DNA from: Bacteroidales bacterium | GTDB lineage: Bacteria > Bacteroidota > Bacteroidia > Bacteroidales > Prolixibacteraceae | DNA: 31,000 nucleotides | Direction: 5' to 3' | Assembly (NCBI GenBank): GCA_038240855.1 | Contig: JBBRGI010000001.1 | Coordinates: 1-31,000, forward strand | Shown: piece by piece, positions 19,649 to 26,949 of the stretch | Numbering within the stretch: position 1 is the first letter of the stretch | Layout of the letters: each line of letters opens with the position of its first letter | Notes under the pieces: model-generated | What the model was told of the DNA's origin: nothing | Seen by the model: only the letters and a program-made list of their open reading frames with translations | Databases searched by the model: none | Program-made: the position numbers and the translations under genes

Positions 19649-20413
19649 ATGAATGTAGTATTGATTGAAGACGAAGGTATTGCCCTTCGAAAGTTAAAAA
19701 AAATAATTCTTGAAATTGCTACTGAAACGGTTTTCGTGGCCGAACTCGAATCGGTTTTTGATGCCCGAAATTGGTTTATGCAAAATCGCAATGCTGCTAT
19801 TGATTTGATATTTTCAGACATTCAGTTGTCTGACGGCCTGTCGTTCGAGATTTTTGAATCGCTGAATACCCAATTTCCTATCATTTTCACCACAGCTTAT
19901 AACGAATATGCACTCAGGGCATTCAAACTCAATGGGGTTGATTATTTGCTAAAACCCATCCAAAAGGACGAACTGCAACAAGCATTGAGCAAGTTCGAAA
20001 AAACCAGAACCAGCTATTCGAATGACCAGCTTTTCCAATTGCAGCAATTGATGCTGCAGTTTAAACAACCTGTTAAGAGCAGTCCAACATTCATTCCCTA
20101 CGTCAAAGACCAGATGATCCCATTTCAGTCTGAGTCGGTGGCCTATTTTTATACCAGCAACCAGCTCGTGTATGCTGTTACGGAGCAGCGCGAATTTGTG
20201 CTCACCGAAACCCTCGAAGAGGTTGAAAATCGGTTGCCTACCGCCCTGTTTTTCCGCGCCAACCGCCAATTTATCATCCAGAAACGATTTGTGGCCAATG
20301 CCGAGCTCTATTTCAACAACCGGCTAATCGTTCACCTGAAACAAAAAACTCCCGAAAAGATTGTGATCAGCCGAGAAAAGGCCGGTGCATTCAAAGAATG
20401 GCTGGTTGGGTAA
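19649..20413 (+). CDS. LytTR-family response regulator
   Basis: Start MNVVLIEDE at 19649 (track gives 19616); receiver DLIFSDIQL, IIFTTAY, DYLLKP; LytTR FFRANRQFII and VISREKA. Confidence 0.92.
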   Translation: MNVVLIEDEGIALRKLKKIILEIATETVFVAELESVFDARNWFMQNRNAAIDLIFSDIQLSDGLSFEIFESLNTQFPIIFTTAYNEYALRAFKLNGVDYLLKPIQKDELQQALSKFEKTRTSYSNDQLFQLQQLMLQFKQPVKSSPTFIPYVKDQMIPFQSESVAYFYTSNQLVYAVTEQREFVLTETLEEVENRLPTALFFRANRQFIIQKRFVANAELYFNNRLIVHLKQKTPEKIVISREKAGAFKEWLVG

Positions 20414-20452
20414 TGATTGTTTTTTGAATGCGGCAAAGGGGTTTTATCGGGA

Positions 20453-20776
20453 TTAATCCAGATGAAAAACCTCGTCCATATTGGCCCACCATTCACCTTC
20501 AGCACGATTTTCAACAGGTCGTTGCATCGGCATCATGATTTTCCACCATTCCTGTGTTTTAGCATCAGCAGCCATTTTGGCCATATCAGCAGCGAAATCA
20601 TCGCCGGCATATTCCATATAGGCAAACAGCATTCCGTCTTTGTGAAAAATAGAATAATTCCTGATGTTGCAGGCGGTAATCATCTCCAAAATTTCAGGCC
20701 AAACGGATGAATGATATTCCTTGTAACGCTCAAAGTTCTGCGGGTCAACCCCGATAATTTGCCCAAATCGTTTCAT
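20453..20776 (-). CDS. rhaM: L-rhamnose/L-fucose mutarotase (RhaM/YiiL family)
   Basis: YKEYHSSVWPEI, IRNYSIF, LFAYMEY, TQEWW, EVFHLD motifs; 107 aa. Confidence 0.85.
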   Translation of the reverse strand: MKRFGQIIGVDPQNFERYKEYHSSVWPEILEMITACNIRNYSIFHKDGMLFAYMEYAGDDFAADMAKMAADAKTQEWWKIMMPMQRPVENRAEGEWWANMDEVFHLD

Positions 20777-20781
20777 GTGAG

Positions 20782-20835
20782 TAGATTTTTAGTCATTAAG
20801 TTGTCATTTATAGTCAGTTATTGTCATTAGATTTT
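20782..20835. repeat. Short GTCA-core tandem repeats flanked by TAGATTTT direct repeats
   Basis: GTCA at 20792, 20803, 20813, 20823; TAGATTTT at 20782-20789 and 20828-20835. Confidence 0.55.
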
Positions 20836-20842
20836 AATTTCC

Positions 20843-22519
20843 TTAGAGCAGTACAATTTCATAAATACCGGGAGCCTGGCTGTATTCTTTCAGAACCAGT
20901 CTCACCTTTTGAGCAGTTGTTTTGGGTAGCTTTATCTCCAGCTTGCTGCCGATAGTGGTACCTTTGTATATTGTTTTCCATTGATCCCCGGTCAGAGCCT
21001 GAATTTCGAATGCCTTTACTGACTGGCCTCTTTCATAAAGAATTGCTTTGGATATTTTTTCAGGTTTACCTAGATCAATCTCAACCCAGGGGTTTAAACC
21101 CTTTTCTTCGGGTTCCCAATATGCGCCTGACCAATCGCCATTGGTTACAGAACTCAATTCAACCCATTGATGGTTGATCCATTGACCCTTAGGATTTGAA
21201 GATGCTGTCAAGGATTTCATATAAGAAAGTGAATTAGAACTGATTTCTAATGGCTCAACATTCATCACACTGCCTGAACATTCAAGTTCGACAATAGTAT
21301 TAACCGGCTGCAATTCCTCTGCTGAGAGTTCGATGGCATAACCTTTAGCCAACTTGGTCAACTTCACTTTTCCGCCGTGGGCAAGTTTGCAACTTTTAAT
21401 TTCCAATCCCAAATCGGGAATTGTAATTATTGGAGTAGTTCCAGTCCACTTCAAGATATGCAGATAAATGAAATTTCCTTTGCGGGTACTCACGCCCCAG
21501 TCGGCAGGTTTAAACGGACCACCGCGGGTTTCATAAATAGTATATCCATATTTCTGAAGCCACTGTCCCATTTCTTTCAATCGGGAAATTTGTTCAGGTT
21601 CAATACTTCCATCCGATTTTGGCCCCACATTAAACAACAAGTTTCCATCGCCACCGGCTGAACGTACTAACGATTGCAAACACTGCTCCAGCGATTTCAC
21701 CTTGTCATTGGGTTTCCAGGCCCACTGGCTGGCAATGGTCATGCAGGTTTCCCACGGACGGTCGATCTGGAATCCGCCAACCCGCTGCTCCGGTGTATCA
21801 AAATCACCTTTGGCACCGGTCCTGTTGTTGATGATAATATCTGGCTGAATCTGATGTGCGAAATCAATCACACTTTGACCGCGAACTGCATCAAATTTCT
21901 GCGGAACATCGAACCAAAGCACGTAAAGCGGTCCGTAATTCAGCAAAAGTTCTGCCACCTGCTTTTTCAAATAGGTGGTGTATGCATCTAAATTACTTTT
22001 TTCACGTGCAACACTGCCACCTGGACTGGTAAGCGGAAAATCGGGATTATACCAGTCACAGGTTGAATAATAGGTGCCAAAAGCCATACCTTGTTTACGG
22101 CAAGCTTCGGCCAGTTCCTTCACCACATCGCGTTTCAAAGGCGAATTCATGATGTTGTGATCGGTTTGACGCGTATTCCACAAACAAAATCCATCATGGT
22201 GTTTGGTCGTCAGAACAATGTATTTCATACCGGCAACTCTGGCTACATTCACCCAATCATCGGCATTGAAATTTTTCGCGTCGAATTGTTTGTAAAGGTT
22301 GTCGTATTCCTCCACCGGAATTTCGCGACCGCGCGACCATCCAATTTCAGTTCCTTTCAATGAGACAGGTCCCCAGTGGATAAACATCCCGAAACGGGCA
22401 TCTTTCCACTTTTCAATTTTCTGTTCGTTGCCGATTTGTTTTTGGGGGACTGATTGTGCCATTGACCCTTTCAGTAGAAAGGAAATCAGCAAAAGAATTA
22501 AAATTAGTTTTGTTTTCAT
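20843..22519 (-). CDS. GH29 alpha-L-fucosidase with C-terminal F5/8 (CBM32-like) domain
   Basis: WKDARFGMFIHWGP, KHHDGFCLW, VLWFD (nucleophile), DFDTPEQ, PWETCMT, LLFNVGP; C-terminal PWVEIDLGK. Confidence 0.92.
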   Translation of the reverse strand: MKTKLILILLLISFLLKGSMAQSVPQKQIGNEQKIEKWKDARFGMFIHWGPVSLKGTEIGWSRGREIPVEEYDNLYKQFDAKNFNADDWVNVARVAGMKYIVLTTKHHDGFCLWNTRQTDHNIMNSPLKRDVVKELAEACRKQGMAFGTYYSTCDWYNPDFPLTSPGGSVAREKSNLDAYTTYLKKQVAELLLNYGPLYVLWFDVPQKFDAVRGQSVIDFAHQIQPDIIINNRTGAKGDFDTPEQRVGGFQIDRPWETCMTIASQWAWKPNDKVKSLEQCLQSLVRSAGGDGNLLFNVGPKSDGSIEPEQISRLKEMGQWLQKYGYTIYETRGGPFKPADWGVSTRKGNFIYLHILKWTGTTPIITIPDLGLEIKSCKLAHGGKVKLTKLAKGYAIELSAEELQPVNTIVELECSGSVMNVEPLEISSNSLSYMKSLTASSNPKGQWINHQWVELSSVTNGDWSGAYWEPEEKGLNPWVEIDLGKPEKISKAILYERGQSVKAFEIQALTGDQWKTIYKGTTIGSKLEIKLPKTTAQKVRLVLKEYSQAPGIYEIVLL

Positions 22520-22553
22520 ATCTGGTCATATTTTAAGGTTTAGTTGAATCATT

Positions 22554-24284
22554 TTAATTGGGATAGAGCTGGAATTCCTTGATTCCGGAGAAACCCTCCC
22601 GATCAAGAATTACCAACCTGAATTTCTGCGCGGTAACGGGAGCAATATTTTGTTTCCAGTCGCCCATTTTCGTTCCGGCAGCAATTGTTAACCATTTACC
22701 ATCTTTTTCATACTGAATTTCAAAACCTTTAATTTCTGAATTTACAAAAACGAGTTCGCTTACCGCAATGCTTTTTACGGTCTGGGGTTTGCCCAAATCA
22801 GCTTCCAGCCAACCTTGTTTCTCGAAGAAAGCTTTCACTTCTTCGCTCCTGTAATTGAGTAGCTTACCAAATTGTGAGTCAAAATCGATATCAGTTCTGC
22901 GTCCGGGTTTCCAATGGGTTTTCGGGTTATCATCGAATGCCGCAGACGGATCGTGAAGAAACTGTCCAACGGAACTGGAAGCACTTGCTTTGCAATTGTA
23001 AGCTAATGAACCGGAGGTTGAAAATGGATAAATCAAAGCCAGTTCGTTCAATGACTTGTTGGTTATTAAAGTAATTAAGCTGGAGATGTTTTCGCGATCA
23101 GCTTGTGGAATAATCAGTTTTAGTATCTTTTTATCCTGAATAAATCGAACATCTTTCCCATTGATCAGGTTGGCTTTTTTAATTTTTGCAGGCAGTGCCG
23201 GCAATGTCAGCGTGTCGCCTTTCATGGCCAGAATATTCAGGTACATGGTGTTCCCGTTGTAAGTGCACAGATAGTCGTTGGTTGGGGTGTACGGTCCGCC
23301 ATTGGTGTTGTAAACCGATTGTCCATGTATTTTCAGCCAATCGCCCAATTCCATTAACCGTGCCTGGAAGTCTGCCGGAATCTGCCCCAGACTATCGGGA
23401 CCTACATTCAGCAACAGATTGCCATTTCCACCCGCGCAGCGCAGTAAGGTGGTGGCAGCTTCGCTGATCGGACGCGGAGTATCTTTTGGTCGCCACGCCC
23501 ATTGATGCCCCAGATTGGTGCAGGTTTCCCAGGGAATGGCACCATATCCGGCCACAAAACCTTCAGGTGTAGCATAATCGCCGTAAGGCCCAACAAAAGC
23601 GTGCGATTCGTCGGTATGAAAAACATCCAGCCGATTATTTACGATGATTCCGGGCTGCAGCTTCTTGGCCAGTTCGTATATTTCCTTGGGTTTTACAGGG
23701 CTTGGCGAACCTTCGTAGTCGATCCAAAGCAAGCTGATTTTTCCATAATTAGTTAGCAATTCACGAACCTGCTCCAATACACGTTTGGCAAACACATCGT
23801 TGGTTTTTGGGTTCCGGCAATCAGGATCTTTCCAGTCGGCAGGCGAGAAGTACCAGCAAATGGGCATATCGGCTTTGTGTGCAGCATCGGCCAGTTCTTT
23901 GCAAACATCACGTCCAAAAGGGGTTTTCATGATGTTGTAACTGGTGGTTTTGGTATTCCATTCACAAAAACCATCGTGGTGTTTGGCTGTGAAAACCATG
24001 TATTTCATTCCGGCTTTTTGCGCCAGTGCGACCCATTCGTCAGGATTAAATTTTACCGGATTGAATCCTTTGTATAATGAATCGTATCTGGCTTTGCCAT
24101 ATCCTTCGCGCGACCAGCTGATTTCGCCGCCAAAGCGGGTAACCGGTCCCCAGTGGATAAACATCCCAAAGCGGGCTTCCTGCCACCATTTCAAATCGGT
24201 AGCAGTGGATTTTTGTCCCTGCCCAAATCCTTCCACAAACAAAAAGACGATCAATAAACTAATAAGTGAAATTTTCAACTTCAT
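22554..24284 (-). CDS. GH29 alpha-L-fucosidase with C-terminal F5/8 domain (tandem paralog)
   Basis: WWQEARFGMFIHWGP, KHHDGFCEW, LLWID, DYATPEG, PWETCTN, LLLNVGP; WLEADLGK. Confidence 0.92.
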   Translation of the reverse strand: MKLKISLISLLIVFLFVEGFGQGQKSTATDLKWWQEARFGMFIHWGPVTRFGGEISWSREGYGKARYDSLYKGFNPVKFNPDEWVALAQKAGMKYMVFTAKHHDGFCEWNTKTTSYNIMKTPFGRDVCKELADAAHKADMPICWYFSPADWKDPDCRNPKTNDVFAKRVLEQVRELLTNYGKISLLWIDYEGSPSPVKPKEIYELAKKLQPGIIVNNRLDVFHTDESHAFVGPYGDYATPEGFVAGYGAIPWETCTNLGHQWAWRPKDTPRPISEAATTLLRCAGGNGNLLLNVGPDSLGQIPADFQARLMELGDWLKIHGQSVYNTNGGPYTPTNDYLCTYNGNTMYLNILAMKGDTLTLPALPAKIKKANLINGKDVRFIQDKKILKLIIPQADRENISSLITLITNKSLNELALIYPFSTSGSLAYNCKASASSSVGQFLHDPSAAFDDNPKTHWKPGRRTDIDFDSQFGKLLNYRSEEVKAFFEKQGWLEADLGKPQTVKSIAVSELVFVNSEIKGFEIQYEKDGKWLTIAAGTKMGDWKQNIAPVTAQKFRLVILDREGFSGIKEFQLYPN

Positions 24285-24289
24285 TGGAC

Positions 24290-25546
24290 TTAGCTTTTTA
24301 GGTTATTAAACTCTCTCACGGCCTCAAACATGGCCACAATATTTTGCGGTGGAACATCAGGTAATATGTTGTGAACGGTATTAAACACAAAGCCACCGCC
24401 TTTCGAGAAAATTTCGAGCCGTTCGAAAACCTGGTCGCGGATTTGCTGCGGGGTTCCGATGTTCAGTGTTCCCACCGTTTCGATTCCACCACCCCAGAAC
24501 GTACAATCCTGTCCGAATTCCTTCTTCAAAAAATCGGGAGCCATATTCCAGGAGTTAGTCTGAACAGGATTAAAGATCTCAATACCGGCCTCAATCATGT
24601 CGGGCATCAGCAATGAAATGGATCCGCACGAATGAATATAAGTGTGCATTTTACTATGCGATTTTACATAGTCGCACAGGATTTTATGGCGAGGTTTGAA
24701 TAGTGTTTTGTAGGTATCCACATCCATAAACGGGCCTGAACTCATGCCCAGATCGTCGCCAAAACGGATAATATCGACAATGTCGCCAACGGCATTACAC
24801 ACCTTTTCGAGCGTGGCCAGATGGCGAATCAAAAGTTGATCGAGCAGTTTTTCAACATTGTCCGGATCGCACATCAAATCCATCAGGAAATTGTCCATCC
24901 GGCGCAGGAAAGTTCCCCATTCAAACAGGTTGCAGCCGCAAACCACCAGCAATGCTTTATCTGTACTGGCACGAAGTTTCAAAGTATTTTCACGCAGTTT
25001 CTGCCAAAAGTTAGATTCACTGGCATGATCCCACGGACTATGCACATCGCGTGCCCACATGATGCGACCCATTTCAGCATCCAGGTTTTCGTAGGAATCG
25101 GGATAGCCGTCAACGTAAGGGAAATAAGTCTGATCGAAGAAGGTTGCTCCAATCGGCATCCTCGACAACATGCGTTTACCATCGTCGTCGTAGGTTTGAT
25201 ACGAACCATCTGGCATTTGTGTTGGCTGAAATGATTTGGGATAGAAAGCAGCGCCACCATTGGCCATTGTTATAGGACTCCAGTCAGAAGACTGATCGTT
25301 AAACGTCCGCCCGATATCGAGTACATCCACGCCAAACTGATCCAGAATAGCAATATCGGGTTGGGCGAGTTGCTGAACCACGTCATAGATCCACACAGGC
25401 AATTCGCTTCTATTTATATGTTTAAGCAAATTACTGTATGCAATAGCCGAAATTCCCGAACTTGGGGTGGCGCTTAAATCAATTGGAACCCGGTCCGGTT
25501 CCTTATGGCTAATTGCCGCTAAAATTCGTTCTCTTGAAGTTGTCAT
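24290..25546 (-). CDS. URO-D/MtaA-CmuA superfamily protein (not a canonical HemE)
   Basis: SRERILAAISHKEPDRVPIDL N-terminus, GDDLG, HSCG (HxC metal motif), FNPVQ, TFWGG, GGFVFNTVHNI; lacks HemE RQAGR; no signal peptide. Confidence 0.8.
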   Translation of the reverse strand: MTTSRERILAAISHKEPDRVPIDLSATPSSGISAIAYSNLLKHINRSELPVWIYDVVQQLAQPDIAILDQFGVDVLDIGRTFNDQSSDWSPITMANGGAAFYPKSFQPTQMPDGSYQTYDDDGKRMLSRMPIGATFFDQTYFPYVDGYPDSYENLDAEMGRIMWARDVHSPWDHASESNFWQKLRENTLKLRASTDKALLVVCGCNLFEWGTFLRRMDNFLMDLMCDPDNVEKLLDQLLIRHLATLEKVCNAVGDIVDIIRFGDDLGMSSGPFMDVDTYKTLFKPRHKILCDYVKSHSKMHTYIHSCGSISLLMPDMIEAGIEIFNPVQTNSWNMAPDFLKKEFGQDCTFWGGGIETVGTLNIGTPQQIRDQVFERLEIFSKGGGFVFNTVHNILPDVPPQNIVAMFEAVREFNNLKS

Positions 25547-25553
25547 ATCTTTT

Positions 25554-25648
25554 GTTTAAAGTTTAAGGTTGAATGTCTAAAGTTGTTCCAAGTTTCAAGT
25601 TCAAAATTCCAAGTTAACCTGGAACTTGAAATCTGAAACTTGAAACTT
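25554..25648. repeat. Heptamer-repeat array forming an imperfect palindrome
   Basis: TTCCAAG TTTCAAG TTCAAAA TTCCAAG TT|AA CCTGGAA CTTGAAA TCTGAAA CTTGAAA (25586-25645), centred on GTTAAC 25613-25618; degenerate heptamers continue to 25554. Confidence 0.75.
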
Positions 25649-25651
25649 TTT

Positions 25652-26686
25652 TTATCCGCTTATGCCAATTAAAAACGATGCTGTAATCAGCACCGCCAAT
25701 CCTAACCAAACTAATCCTTTGATTTTAAATTCAATCCCTTTCCACTCACCGCGGAAAAATCCCCAAATGGTGGCACAAACAATGGTCAGCGACATCAGGA
25801 TTCCCCAAGCTACAAAAGTAAATTCGCCCATTTTGCTGGTTCCCATCCCGTAAAAAATATAGTTGATAAACCACAAAAAGCTAGCAAAAGCGCATAGGGT
25901 GTAATTGGTGATCAATGTTTTCGAATCACCTTTGTAATAATCGCCCAACGAATTATTTTTGATGCCGAGGTAGATACACCAAATCAAGGTCGAAAGCAAC
26001 GACCCTGCGAAAAAGAGAACAAACACAGGGCATTTGGCAAACAATTCGGGAGTGCCTGCTTTAACGGTTTCTTCGGCAATCATTTTGCCCTGTTCAAAAC
26101 CAAGCGACATGGACGAACCGGTGACGCCCACAAACAGTGCAGCAAAAAGTCCTTTGCGCAAATCGAAATCCGCATTGGCTTTTACTCCTTTCAATGTTTC
26201 GAGCTTGCGGCTTTTTAAAATACCGGCATAAGCGGTAATCCCGATGCCAATACACGAAATAATAATACCGGAAATGAGCAGGATGCCGCCGTTTCCTTCA
26301 AACATCTTGCTCATTCGTCCATCGATCATGGGTGGCAGAAGGGTTCCGATTACCATCATCAATCCCAGCGAAATACAGAAGCCCAGAGCAACACCTAAGT
26401 ATCGCAACGACAATCCGAATGTCAGGTTTGCCAAACCATAAACTGCGCCCAGAATAAAAATAAGCCACAAGTTCCCCGATGGAATTGTCTTGTATATTTC
26501 CATAAAATTGGGAGCAACAATCAGGCAAATAATCAATGGGACAAAGAGATAGGCAAAAACACTAAAAGTTAACCACGAATTTTCCCATTTCCATTTGGTT
26601 ACTTTATCAAACGGGATACTGAAGCTACCCGAGGAAAAAGCGCCAAGGGCAATAATCAAAATACCAAGCAAAACACTTGCGCTCAT
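25652..26686 (-). CDS. rhaT: RhaT-family L-rhamnose/H+ symporter-like transporter (DMT superfamily)
   Basis: About 10 hydrophobic helices; SFSIPFDKVTKWKWENSW, GLSLRYLGVALG, GTLLPP, FYGMG, WGFFRGEWKG. Actual substrate not established. Confidence 0.85.
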   Translation of the reverse strand: MSASVLLGILIIALGAFSSGSFSIPFDKVTKWKWENSWLTFSVFAYLFVPLIICLIVAPNFMEIYKTIPSGNLWLIFILGAVYGLANLTFGLSLRYLGVALGFCISLGLMMVIGTLLPPMIDGRMSKMFEGNGGILLISGIIISCIGIGITAYAGILKSRKLETLKGVKANADFDLRKGLFAALFVGVTGSSMSLGFEQGKMIAEETVKAGTPELFAKCPVFVLFFAGSLLSTLIWCIYLGIKNNSLGDYYKGDSKTLITNYTLCAFASFLWFINYIFYGMGTSKMGEFTFVAWGILMSLTIVCATIWGFFRGEWKGIEFKIKGLVWLGLAVLITASFLIGISG

Positions 26687-26762
26687 AAGTTTACTGGTTT
26701 AGATGATAGGTTTTTTTTTGTCATATTTTTGTACTCCGGTAAAATTGATTAGAATACTCTTA

Positions 26763-26770
26763 CAAACTTA
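26763..26770 (-). promoter_or_regulatory. Candidate -7 promoter element (TAAGTTTG) for the rhaT operon
   Basis: Matches TAnnTTTG, 77 nt upstream of the rhaT ATG; TATTTG direct repeats further upstream (about 26808-26825). Confidence 0.45.
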
Positions 26771-26949
26771 CCTAATCGGAATAACTATATCTTGAACATT
26801 TCAGGCAAATAAGTGCACAAATACGACATATATCGATCCTATTATTTCTCAACTTTGAAAGCAACAAAATTAATCAACTCATTGCCAGACAACCAAAAGA
26901 AGTAGAATGACAAAATCAATGAAACACCATCATTGAAACTGGATTCATC

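Noticed and set aside
20414-20452. Bidirectional terminator between the convergent LytTR and rhaM genes
   Set aside because: No convincing stem found in the 39-bp gap.
24290-25546. Annotation as hemE (haem biosynthesis)
   Set aside because: No RQAGR motif, has an HxC metal motif, and no porphyrin genes nearby.
25554-25648. CRISPR array interpretation of the repeats here and at 20782-20835
   Set aside because: Units are 7-11 bp with no unique spacers, and there are no cas genes.
26917-26935. CAATGA/TCATTG hairpin as terminator of the oxygenase fusion
   Set aside because: Only a 6-bp AT-rich stem; too weak to call.
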